A stretch of DNA of 64,000 nt, taken from sequence record PQ818761.1. One strand, written 5' to 3'. The stretch is from Escherichia phage EcoM2. Of the stretch, positions 9,351 through 17,199 are shown in pieces. The position numbers and the translations under genes are program-made. Position 1 is the first letter of the stretch. Each line of letters begins with the position of its first letter. Below the pieces are notes generated by a model. That model saw nothing but the letters and a program-made list of their open reading frames with translations, searched no databases and was not told the origin of the DNA.

Positions 9351-10130
9351 ATGGGTATTGTAAAAGTTGTGAAAGGTAACTTACTGGCTGCCTTCAAAAA
9401 CACAGATATCGAGTTAATTGCTCATGGTTGCAACTGTCGTAACCTCATGGGTGCTGGAATCGCTCAAAAAATTGCTAAGATTTTCCCAAAAGCTGAAGAA
9501 GCTGACAGGAAATTCCATAAGAAGTTTGGCTACAATGCTCACGATATAGGATACCAGATGATTGGTGAGGTGTCACATGCTCGAACAGAGTATGGTTACA
9601 TTTTTAACCTATATACACAGTTGGATGTTGGAAAGTGTGCATCATACCGATACTTAGTGGAGTCACTAGAAAAACTCCGTAAGTTTTGCTGGATGCACAA
9701 CATTCGTAAGATTGGTTTACCCATGATTGGGGCAGGTATCGGTGGGTTAGACGCACAAGCCGTGAAAAGCCTCATTAATAGCATTATGTACAACGTTGAT
9801 GTGTACCTATACGTCTATGATGAAGCAATGGCAACTGTAGTTACCCCTAAGTATGCCACCTCAGCACCACAATTCTATGATGGTGTTGTTCTCAGTGACG
9901 GTAAGTCTAACCATGTTACCCTCTATCAACTTGTTGAAGGTAAGGTAGAGGTTAGTTACCCTCTGGTTAGTGAGATGGGTATGTGTAACAGTGAAATGTT
10001 CTCAGTTGACCCGTTTGGTAGATACGAAGGGGTATTCTTTGATAACTACCCAGCAGCATACATCTACACAACAAATCAGGATGAAGTTCACTACTTGCTG
10101 TATTCTAAAAAGTTCAAATTCATAAGCTGA
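9351..10130 (+). CDS. macro-domain (ADP-ribose binding/processing) protein
   Basis: 259 aa; macro-domain-like motifs HGCNCRNLMGAGIA and LPMIGAGIGGL. Confidence 0.55.
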   Translation: MGIVKVVKGNLLAAFKNTDIELIAHGCNCRNLMGAGIAQKIAKIFPKAEEADRKFHKKFGYNAHDIGYQMIGEVSHARTEYGYIFNLYTQLDVGKCASYRYLVESLEKLRKFCWMHNIRKIGLPMIGAGIGGLDAQAVKSLINSIMYNVDVYLYVYDEAMATVVTPKYATSAPQFYDGVVLSDGKSNHVTLYQLVEGKVEVSYPLVSEMGMCNSEMFSVDPFGRYEGVFFDNYPAAYIYTTNQDEVHYLLYSKKFKFIS

Positions 10131-10163
10131 TTAGCACTTCACATTATCTACAAATCATCCAAG

Positions 10164-10210
10164 AAGGCTGCCTAACCAATTGAAAAATTTAAGGTAAGGC
10201 GGCCTTTTTC
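10164..10210 (+). terminator. putative terminator (long-loop hairpin plus T-run)
   Basis: AAGGCTGCC ... GGCGGCCTT followed by TTTTC. Confidence 0.4.
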
Positions 10211-10374
10211 ATTTCCAATTTGTGCAGGTATCTGTAGAGGTCTGCACAAATACCTCAAAAAATCTCACCTCCAGATAGAAAAATCATTTTCAAAACGTGC
10301 AGACCCCGCTCAGGTCGGGCAAGAAAAATCATTTTAGAATTGTGCAGGTAGGATTTTATAGAGAGCCAGACCAG

Positions 10375-10405
10375 CCCCTCTCCCCCTCTTACTCCCCCTC
10401 TCCCC
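10375..10405. other. C-rich tract (i-motif) / G-quadruplex motif on the complementary strand
   Basis: CCCC-tct-CCCCC-tcttact-CCCCC-tct-CCCC; four C-runs with 3/7/3-nt loops, unusual in this AT-rich genome. Confidence 0.5.
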
Positions 10406-10526
10406 AAAAGTCAAGAGAAAAATTTGTAGCGGATTGAAAAATAATTCTTGATTTGTGTTCTGTTTTGTGGTAGTCGTGTGCGCCCGTTTCATTACAGTTT
10501 TGCTAAAAATATTTTTAAAATTTTTC

Positions 10527-10618
10527 TTGACTCTTTGAACGTGGTTATCTAGTATTTGCATCAACAGGGAGGGAATGTCCTTCCCCACTAAATAAAGTCC
10601 TAAACTGGAGATTCAAAA
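10527..10618 (+). promoter_or_regulatory. early promoter module A (TTGACT-N17-TAGTAT) with 5'-leader hairpin and conserved RBS
   Basis: Sigma70-like hexamers; leader hairpin GGGAGGGAATGTCCTTCCCC; conserved ACTAAATAAAGTCCTAAACTGGAGATTCAAAAATG. Confidence 0.55.
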
Positions 10619-11002
10619 ATGAAATACCGTGCACCTAAATTCATCAACAAAGACAACTTTCGCAACGCACTGGAGAAGTCACTTGATGAAAGTTTTAAAG
10701 GTAACATTATCGTTGTTCACGCATTCAATTTTAAGTATGATGTAAACGGGAATAGAATCAACCATTACACGGCAACCATGTTAGATGGTACACTTTCAAG
10801 TGAAAAAGCCGTACTAAATGCACTGGCAGGACGTGGAAAGGTATTAGTAAGATGTGATAAGAGACGTTATCAGGGCGGCGCATATGGTTATGATGATGCT
10901 GTTTACCATCTTGAAAATATGGGCTATCAAGTAGAAAAAGCTGGAGCATCACAAATCATCGGCAGCGATGGTTATGTAACTATCTTCAAAATTAACAAAT
11001 AA
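10619..11002 (+). CDS. hypothetical early protein
   Basis: 127 aa; ATG preceded by conserved module-A leader with GGAG RBS. Confidence 0.6.
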   Translation: MKYRAPKFINKDNFRNALEKSLDESFKGNIIVVHAFNFKYDVNGNRINHYTATMLDGTLSSEKAVLNALAGRGKVLVRCDKRRYQGGAYGYDDAVYHLENMGYQVEKAGASQIIGSDGYVTIFKINK

Positions 11003-11007
11003 AGTGC

Positions 11008-11088
11008 TTTACAGGGGGCTTATAGTTCGATAAAGTAAGCCCCAGATAAAGAGCTTTACCACTAAATCCTAAATTGGAGAACTTAAAA
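11008..11088 (+). promoter_or_regulatory. early promoter module B (TTTACA-N17-TAAAGT) embedded in GGGGCTTA/TAAGCCCC hairpin, plus conserved leader
   Basis: Repeated 6 times with the same architecture; hairpin arms covary between copies. Confidence 0.5.
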
Positions 11089-11382
11089 ATGGCTATTATC
11101 AAAAACGTTGTAATTGCTGCAAAAACTCGTGATGACGCTCGCGTTATGGCTAAAAAGTTATGCGGGAAAGTGGTTGACAACGGAAAACAATCTGCTGTAA
11201 GGTGGGGCGTGAAGGTTGATAAACAGTTGAAGTTAAAAAATTCACCGATAAACCTTTTTACATGTGTAAACACTATCGGTAAGACAAATGTATACACGAA
11301 AAAGGCATACATTAGACGCGTAGCATTAACATCCCCCATTCGTACAATGAGAAGTTATGCAAAGCTGAAAATTAACAAATAA
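11089..11382 (+). CDS. hypothetical early protein
   Basis: 97 aa from ATG 11089 behind conserved RBS; track ORF start 11074 judged an upstream extension. Confidence 0.55.
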   Translation: MAIIKNVVIAAKTRDDARVMAKKLCGKVVDNGKQSAVRWGVKVDKQLKLKNSPINLFTCVNTIGKTNVYTKKAYIRRVALTSPIRTMRSYAKLKINK

Positions 11383-11387
11383 AGTAC

Positions 11388-11467
11388 TTTACAAGGGGCT
11401 TAAAAGCTGATACCTTAAGCCCCAGATAAAGAGCTTTACCACTAAATCCTAAACTGGAGATTCTAAA
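11388..11467 (+). promoter_or_regulatory. early promoter module B (TTTACA-N17-TACCTT)
   Basis: Copy of module B with hairpin GGGGCTTAA.../TTAAGCCCC. Confidence 0.5.
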
Positions 11468-11980
11468 ATGAAAACTGTAGACGCTACCTTTGAAGTTGTA
11501 AAAGAAAAATTTTCCATCATCTACGAAGCGGTAAATTGCTACGAAGCAAGCCATAATCTCGTTAATTGGGAGTTTACAAACGACCATCAAGGCGGTGTGA
11601 CTGTTAAAAATCCTAACTGTCAGCATAATGATTTTAAATATGCAAACCCTTTGCATTACAGCCTTAAACAGCTTTCAAGTGACTATGCAAAACAAGGCCG
11701 GGAAAATCCATCAAAAGAGGCTTACGCAAGCTTACAAAAAGAACTAGAAAGAGATTTAGAGGCTTCAGAGTACAACCTTGCCGCGAAAGTTGTGGATGCA
11801 AACGGTAACACGGTTTTAGAAAGTTTTTATCTTGGTTATGCTTTCGATTGGTGCTATCGTGACGGCGATGATTTAGAGGATAGACTAAAAGAAGAGGTGA
11901 ACAATTCAGACGCAGAAACTGAAGTATTAGAACGTTTGGAATCGTTGAAAGATTCAGTGATGAATATCTTTAAGAACTAA
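11468..11980 (+). CDS. hypothetical early protein
   Basis: 170 aa behind module-B leader. Confidence 0.6.
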   Translation: MKTVDATFEVVKEKFSIIYEAVNCYEASHNLVNWEFTNDHQGGVTVKNPNCQHNDFKYANPLHYSLKQLSSDYAKQGRENPSKEAYASLQKELERDLEASEYNLAAKVVDANGNTVLESFYLGYAFDWCYRDGDDLEDRLKEEVNNSDAETEVLERLESLKDSVMNIFKN

Positions 11981-11989
11981 ATAGACCTC

Positions 11990-12072
11990 TTTACACGGGG
12001 TTATCAAGTTGGTATGATAGCCCCAGATAAAGAGATTTATCAAATAAAGCCCTTAAACTAGGAGATTCTAAA
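11990..12072 (+). promoter_or_regulatory. early promoter module B variant (TTTACA-N17-TATGAT)
   Basis: Hairpin arms changed to GGGGTTATC/GATAGCCCC (compensatory). Confidence 0.5.
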
Positions 12073-12369
12073 ATGAAATTATCAAATCAAGTGCGTGAAA
12101 ATTTGAGCAAATTACTCAACAAAATTGATTTTATCGAGACATCAAGGAATAGGCATGATGTTATGGAATGGTTACACGGCAAAATAAAAGGTCGTCGTGT
12201 AGTGATTTGCTTATGGAACAGTTGCAGGGAGTATAAAAAACCTGTATTACAAGTTAATATATACGATAATACTTTTAAAAGTCCTGTAAAGTCTAAAAGC
12301 GATTTATTAGAATCCTATGAGATAACTGTAAATGGCAAAGTATCACGTAAAGAGGAAACACCATGTTAA
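12073..12369 (+). CDS. hypothetical early protein
   Basis: 98 aa behind module-B leader. Confidence 0.55.
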   Translation: MKLSNQVRENLSKLLNKIDFIETSRNRHDVMEWLHGKIKGRRVVICLWNSCREYKKPVLQVNIYDNTFKSPVKSKSDLLESYEITVNGKVSRKEETPC

Positions 12370-12695
12370 TGACTGGTATCACTGCAATCATTGCCATTTT
12401 CGCGCTATATAAGGCATATAAAGCCTATAATCTAGCAAGTAAGGCAATTACGCAGCAGGTTAGCAATAACCTTGTAGAAAGCTTTCTAGGGCGTCTCAGT
12501 GATGAGCAAATAAAGCGGCTAGAGATGAGCTTCAGATATAAAGCGAAAACCTATCAGATAAGTGACATCTTTAAAGATGATTTTCAGTTAGTTGATGATT
12601 ATAATTCTCTGATAAATGCTTTAAACATCAATGACTTGAAAGAATATCACGCTGTAATTGTTCAAGAATTGAGCAAACGAAAACAAATCTGTTGA
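12363..12695 (+). CDS. hypothetical early membrane protein
   Basis: 110 aa; N-terminal TM segment (ITAIIAIFALY); start overlaps preceding stop. Confidence 0.5.
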   Translation: MLMTGITAIIAIFALYKAYKAYNLASKAITQQVSNNLVESFLGRLSDEQIKRLEMSFRYKAKTYQISDIFKDDFQLVDDYNSLINALNINDLKEYHAVIVQELSKRKQIC

Positions 12696-12787
12696 CACTG
12701 GTTTTTAGATAGATTAAATTACACATCAACGGGGAGGGAATGACCTCCCCCCCCACTAAATAAAGTCCTAAACTGGAGATTCAAAAA
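12692..12787 (+). promoter_or_regulatory. early promoter module A (TTGACA-N17-TAAATT) with leader hairpin
   Basis: Same architecture as 13744..13837. Confidence 0.55.
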
Positions 12788-12946
12788 ATGTTTTGTGCAG
12801 GTGATAAAGTTGTCTGGAATGATATAGATGACGGTTTATGTACGAAAGTTGTTGTTATCTTAGAAATTGATTATATCACTGGTGTTGCAACTGTAGCAGA
12901 TAATGATATAATCTTTGATGTCTTAATTAGTGAACTGTCAAAATAA
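12788..12946 (+). CDS. small hypothetical protein (52 aa, below ORF-track cutoff)
   Basis: ATG 12788 directly behind module-A leader/RBS, TAA 12944-12946. Confidence 0.4.
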   Translation: MFCAGDKVVWNDIDDGLCTKVVVILEIDYITGVATVADNDIIFDVLISELSK

Positions 12947-12971
12947 AGTCCTTAAACTAGGAGATTCAAAA

Positions 12972-13244
12972 ATGTACACTACTAACAACGGTCGCACCTT
13001 AAACGTAACCCTACGCCACTATGTGAACGGTGTAATGCACTTCGAGGATTTACAAGCTGAACAGCACATTTTGGATTGGCAACTTGCAGGATTCCAAAAA
13101 ACTGCTACCGGATACGGGAAAAAGATTCCAACTAGCTGGAAAGTATACTACGAAGGCCGTTTGCGTAGAATTTATCAAGATGTATGCGGCAATAGCGCAT
13201 CAAGTTACATCATAGTAAAAGGCAAAAAGCTGCATTTAGCATAA
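12972..13244 (+). CDS. hypothetical early protein
   Basis: 90 aa from ATG 12972 behind conserved RBS; track ORF start 12930 judged an upstream extension. Confidence 0.55.
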   Translation: MYTTNNGRTLNVTLRHYVNGVMHFEDLQAEQHILDWQLAGFQKTATGYGKKIPTSWKVYYEGRLRRIYQDVCGNSASSYIIVKGKKLHLA

Positions 13245-13249
13245 AGTAC

Positions 13250-13329
13250 TTTACAAGGGGCTTATAAGTCTGTACAGTAAGCCCCAGATAAAGAGCTTTA
13301 CCACTAAATCCTAAATTGGAGATTCAAAA
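13250..13329 (+). promoter_or_regulatory. early promoter module B (TTTACA-N17-TACAGT)
   Basis: Copy of module B. Confidence 0.5.
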
Positions 13330-13734
13330 ATGGCTATTAATAATCGTGAGTTATCTATCTTAAAAGCACGTTTGACCGTTAACCGGATTAATGTTATCAC
13401 ATCAGCAGCACCGGATGAAACACTGCAAAACATTATTGGGAAGATTCAAAGTGTTATCTTAGACGTTGAAAGCGTAAAAAACTCATTGGCTGACGTTGCA
13501 GCCGGTATCACGCTAGACGGTGCACAACATGAGATGGCCGACATGTTAGGCAAATCAAAGGTAATGAATAAAGAATTAGACTTGAAAATGTTTCGATTTG
13601 CTGTTAAAGTGTGGCTATCCGTCGAGTATGACGCTAACTTTGCAATCGCTGACTTTTTCGCCACTTGGTTGCAGCGTAATTTGTCAAATCATGATTTTCG
13701 TAATATCTGTGATGCAATTTATGCAGAACTCTAA
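13330..13734 (+). CDS. hypothetical early protein
   Basis: 134 aa behind module-B leader. Confidence 0.6.
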   Translation: MAINNRELSILKARLTVNRINVITSAAPDETLQNIIGKIQSVILDVESVKNSLADVAAGITLDGAQHEMADMLGKSKVMNKELDLKMFRFAVKVWLSVEYDANFAIADFFATWLQRNLSNHDFRNICDAIYAEL

Positions 13735-13743
13735 AAAATTTTG

Positions 13744-13837
13744 TTGACACTGGTTTTTAGATAGATTAAATTACACATCAACGGGGAGGGGATGACCTTC
13801 CCCACTAAATAAAGTCCTTAAACTAGGAGATTCTAAA
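13744..13837 (+). promoter_or_regulatory. early promoter module A (TTGACA-N17-TAAATT) with leader hairpin
   Basis: Hairpin GGGGAGGGGATGACCTTCCCC then conserved leader. Confidence 0.55.
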
Positions 13838-14035
13838 ATGGCTATTATTAACGGCTTAACCATTGAAACAACACACATCAAAGATATCAAAGTTGGTGAT
13901 GTAGTCCTTTCCCACGGCGTAGAAAAAACTGTCACTGTAAAGGATATCAAAGAGGATTCTTTCATGGGTAGAACTCTCTTCGGTGATTCTTATTGCTTAG
14001 GTTATCTTGCAGTTTTAAAAGTTGTCAAAAATTAA
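13838..14035 (+). CDS. hypothetical early protein
   Basis: 65 aa behind module-A leader. Confidence 0.5.
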   Translation: MAIINGLTIETTHIKDIKVGDVVLSHGVEKTVTVKDIKEDSFMGRTLFGDSYCLGYLAVLKVVKN

Positions 14036-14047
14036 GTAATAAAGTAC

Positions 14048-14127
14048 TTTACAAGGGGCTTAAAAAGTTGGTATCTTAAGCCCCAGATAAAGAGCTTTAC
14101 ACAGTCCTTAAACTAGGAGATTAAAGA
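14048..14127 (+). promoter_or_regulatory. early promoter module B (TTTACA-N18-TATCTT)
   Basis: Copy of module B. Confidence 0.45.
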
Positions 14128-14376
14128 ATGATGAATTATTTAAACATTCCCGACACTTGCAGACTGTTAACGCAACCAGAAAATTTAGGTAAGGCTTACC
14201 TATACCATATGCCAAATAATACGGCAAAAACTTATAGTTACACTGTTAACCGATTCACGGCATACGCTGCAAAAAACGGTTACAAGGTTGTTACTCAAAA
14301 AGTAACACTGTTTACAACTGTTGAGGAACTCCCCACGGTTGCAGTTAAACTGATTTTTTCAAAGAAAACTAAATAG
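14128..14376 (+). CDS. hypothetical early protein
   Basis: 82 aa behind module-B leader. Confidence 0.5.
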   Translation: MMNYLNIPDTCRLLTQPENLGKAYLYHMPNNTAKTYSYTVNRFTAYAAKNGYKVVTQKVTLFTTVEELPTVAVKLIFSKKTK

Positions 14377-14381
14377 ATTTC

Positions 14382-14461
14382 TTTACACGGGGTTATCAAG
14401 CTGATAAGATAGCCCCAGATAAAGAAATTTATCAAATAAATCCTAAACTGGAGATTCAAAA
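14382..14461 (+). promoter_or_regulatory. early promoter module B variant (TTTACA-N17-TAAGAT)
   Basis: Hairpin GGGGTTATC/GATAGCCCC. Confidence 0.5.
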
Positions 14462-15004
14462 ATGAAATGTTTTCACGGTACTACTCAAGAAAACTTTATC
14501 AACCTGATTAATAACGGTGATAAACCATCAGGCGCATGGAATTGTTCTGATATGGATGGGAATTTTTACGTTTACCCAGAGAATAAAATCTATGGCGACG
14601 ATGAGGAAGAAATAATCTTTGAAGGTATCCAGCAAGCTCTGGGCAATGCCACTATCACCGCAGCTTTTCAGATGAAAACTCAAAACATTGTTATCTTGGA
14701 ACTTGAGATTCCAGAAGATGAGCTAAACGATGATTATTCTTGTGATAATATGTCGAGCGTGGCAAGTTTTACAGAATATTTCGATTTAAATTGGATTAAA
14801 AAGGTTTACATCACTGAATTTAATGCTATGTATTCGCCTTTTTGTCTTCCTTCACTGGATAACCCAAATATGAATTATCTTGATGAGACATTAGAACTAC
14901 TTGCTAAAAGTGTTCAACAATCGGACAGTATTCAGGTTTTTTGTGACATCATGGACACACTAACGGAAAACATCGCAGAAGAGGATTTAAAGAGCTTTTT
15001 CTAA
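14462..15004 (+). CDS. hypothetical early protein
   Basis: 180-aa acidic protein behind module-B leader. Confidence 0.6.
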   Translation: MKCFHGTTQENFINLINNGDKPSGAWNCSDMDGNFYVYPENKIYGDDEEEIIFEGIQQALGNATITAAFQMKTQNIVILELEIPEDELNDDYSCDNMSSVASFTEYFDLNWIKKVYITEFNAMYSPFCLPSLDNPNMNYLDETLELLAKSVQQSDSIQVFCDIMDTLTENIAEEDLKSFF

Positions 15005-15036
15005 AACCCTATGCAATCACATTATAAACACTATTC

Positions 15037-15057
15037 AGCCCCTTGTAGGGGCTTTTA
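15037..15057 (+). terminator. rho-independent terminator
   Basis: AGCCCC-ttgta-GGGGCT followed by TTTT. Confidence 0.55.
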
Positions 15058-15070
15058 AGAGGCTTAAATC

Positions 15071-15304
15071 ATGCTTACAACCGTTTATCTTATCCTTTCT
15101 ATATGTAATGGTCATTCATGCGATTTTAAAGGGCTTGAAGAGTTTACAGGAAGTAAAGAAAATGCTATTCAAGTTTGCCAGATAGCGAGACAAGACTATC
15201 CCGCAAGTGATGATATTCAGTGTTACTTTAAGACAGAAGATGAAGACGGTATCTATTTTGACAGTGTAGATGGTCAGTATGAAATTATCATTGAAAAAGA
15301 CTAG
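15071..15304 (+). CDS. hypothetical early protein
   Basis: 77-aa ORF. Confidence 0.45.
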   Translation: MLTTVYLILSICNGHSCDFKGLEEFTGSKENAIQVCQIARQDYPASDDIQCYFKTEDEDGIYFDSVDGQYEIIIEKD

Positions 15305-15395
15305 ACAAGCCTGATAAAAATCTGTAAATTGTCAATCAACGGGGAGGGAATGACCTTCCCCACTAAATAAAGTCCTTAAACTAGGAGATTCAAAA
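15302..15395 (+). promoter_or_regulatory. early promoter module A (TAGACA-N17-TAAATT) with leader hairpin
   Basis: Conserved TAAATT + 7 nt + ATCAACGGGGAGGGAATGACCTTCCCC. Confidence 0.5.
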
Positions 15396-15737
15396 ATGGC
15401 TTATGTAACCGTAATTACCGATAAAGCTGGCGCATCTTGGTCAACTCAAGTAAGCGATAAGATGTCACCTATGCAGTGCCTAAAATACTTTGAACAGTGG
15501 AATAAAGGCGAGGACACAAGCCCCTTTCAAGTGATGCAGATTATCCATGTAGACAACGAAGGGAATAAAACTGTTTTGAACAGTGAGTACTATGCAACCC
15601 GATTTGAAACGAGAAGTAAAACAATGAAACTTTTACGTGAATCCGGTTATTCCCATATCGCCGCGTTAATCTGGGATGACCTGCTAAAAAACCAACGTAT
15701 CAGCTATGTAAAACCTGAAAAAATATTCATCAGTTAA
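15396..15737 (+). CDS. hypothetical early protein
   Basis: 113 aa behind module-A leader. Confidence 0.6.
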   Translation: MAYVTVITDKAGASWSTQVSDKMSPMQCLKYFEQWNKGEDTSPFQVMQIIHVDNEGNKTVLNSEYYATRFETRSKTMKLLRESGYSHIAALIWDDLLKNQRISYVKPEKIFIS

Positions 15738-15866
15738 TCAATAACTTACAAAAAACTTTCAAAAAAGTATTGACAAAGCCCCTTGACATTGGTAGATTTG
15801 TTCGAGGGGGTTTATCTAAAAGGGATTAACTTAAAAGATTCTTTATAGATAAGCTCAAAAAATTAC

Positions 15867-15957
15867 TTGCAATCAACTATCAAAACAAGTAAATTACTAA
15901 TCAACGGGAAGGCAATAACCTCCCCACTAAATAAAGTCCTAAACTGGAGATTCTAAA
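15867..15957 (+). promoter_or_regulatory. early promoter module A (TTGCAA-N17-TAAATT) with leader hairpin variant
   Basis: Hairpin GGGAAGGCAATAACCTCCCC. Confidence 0.5.
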
Positions 15958-16488
15958 ATGAACAAATTTCAAGCTATCAACTTCATTCGTTCAAATGCTG
16001 TAATGTCAAAGCCTGTTAAAGACACCTATGAATTTCGTTGTAATGGTGTACATTTTGCAACAATCACCAAATCAGAAAACGGGGCTTATTACGTCCATCG
16101 TCGTAATGTTTCTACTGTTGTAGTTTCTCACTTTATGCAAGCTGTCGCGGAACTTCTCCCGATGTTTTTAGGTCTTTACTTAGATGAGTGTAAAAACGTT
16201 CACAATCACGTTAAAAACCTTTTAAACAGTTATAAAATGGCTTATGAACGTTCTATCAAGTCCTTAAACAAGTTTTACAACGCACCTGAAAATACTGTGT
16301 CAATGGCCTATGCTGTAAATGGTGATGCGGTGAGTCTCTTTGAAGTGGAAGAAATCAAGCTGCATGATTTACGCACTAGCGGTTACTCTAAGACTCTCGG
16401 TGAAGGTTTAACGTTCAATATCAAGAACTTAGAAAAAACTTTAAAAGATATTGAAAAAGATATTGACGAGACAATCAAAAGTCTGTAA
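15958..16488 (+). CDS. hypothetical early protein
   Basis: 176 aa behind module-A leader. Confidence 0.6.
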   Translation: MNKFQAINFIRSNAVMSKPVKDTYEFRCNGVHFATITKSENGAYYVHRRNVSTVVVSHFMQAVAELLPMFLGLYLDECKNVHNHVKNLLNSYKMAYERSIKSLNKFYNAPENTVSMAYAVNGDAVSLFEVEEIKLHDLRTSGYSKTLGEGLTFNIKNLEKTLKDIEKDIDETIKSL

Positions 16489-16554
16489 ATTGTCAATCAA
16501 CGGGGAGGGAATGACCTTCCCCACTAAGTAAAATCCTAAACTGGAGTTATCAAG
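16463..16554 (+). promoter_or_regulatory. early promoter module A (TTGACG-N17-TAAATT) with leader hairpin
   Basis: -35 lies within the 3' end of the upstream gene. Confidence 0.5.
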
Positions 16555-16818
16555 ATGGAAAACGTAGAATTAACCACACTTTTACAAATTGCAACCGACA
16601 AAGAAGACGTAGCATTATTTCACCGTATCGAAAGCGATTTATTCAATGGTGAAATCATCAAAGAATCTTATGAAGTTGTCGGATTCAAAGATGGTAAAGC
16701 ATTTGGCTTTTTTGACCTCGACAAAGGCAACGCGGTTACAAAATACGATGTTTTATCTTGTGAGATTCTGACAAAATACAACGAAAAAAGGCTTGCAACA
16801 TACGCCAACATGCAGTAA
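16555..16818 (+). CDS. hypothetical early protein
   Basis: 87 aa behind module-A leader. Confidence 0.55.
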   Translation: MENVELTTLLQIATDKEDVALFHRIESDLFNGEIIKESYEVVGFKDGKAFGFFDLDKGNAVTKYDVLSCEILTKYNEKRLATYANMQ

Positions 16819-16884
16819 ATTATCAATCAACGGGAGGCGATAACCTCCCCACTAAATAAAACCCTTAAACTAGGAGATTCAAAA
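16793..16884 (+). promoter_or_regulatory. early promoter module A (TTGCAA-N17-TAAATT) with leader hairpin variant
   Basis: Hairpin GGGAGGCGATAACCTCCCC. Confidence 0.5.
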
Positions 16885-17133
16885 ATGGCAACTATCCGCG
16901 CAACTGTCAATGCTTATGGCTGTTATACTCTGGACGTTAAATTTGATATTGGTGGAACTGATGAGTGTTTTTCATTAGTGAAGACAGTTATCAAGCAAGT
17001 TATCCCAGATTATAACCCTACTGATGACTTCTGGAAAGACGCTGTAAAAGAGGCATTAAACGACGAGCATCACTATCATTACTGGGGTGACTTGATTATC
17101 TCACTGTACTACAATAAACAAGGTTACAACTAA
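16885..17133 (+). CDS. hypothetical early protein
   Basis: 82 aa behind module-A leader; last gene of the array. Confidence 0.55.
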   Translation: MATIRATVNAYGCYTLDVKFDIGGTDECFSLVKTVIKQVIPDYNPTDDFWKDAVKEALNDEHHYHYWGDLIISLYYNKQGYN

Positions 17134-17171
17134 TCGACGCAACGGGGCTAAATAGCCCCAGATACCTTCAC

Positions 17172-17194
17172 AGCCCCATTTAAGGGGCTTTTTT
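17172..17194 (+). terminator. rho-independent terminator ending the early array
   Basis: AGCCCC-attta-AGGGGCT followed by TTTTTT; preceded by a second GGGGCT/AGCCCC hairpin. Confidence 0.65.
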
Positions 17195-17199
17195 ACGTC

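Noticed and set aside
10334-10588. Minus-strand ORF 10334..10588
   Set aside because: Lies in the promoter-rich intergenic region, spans the C-rich tract and a module-A promoter; low-complexity translation; judged non-coding.
12930-12971. Upstream extensions of ORFs 12930..13244 and 11074..11382
   Set aside because: The extensions run through the conserved leader/RBS module; ATGs at 12972 and 11089 sit at the conserved distance from the GGAG RBS.
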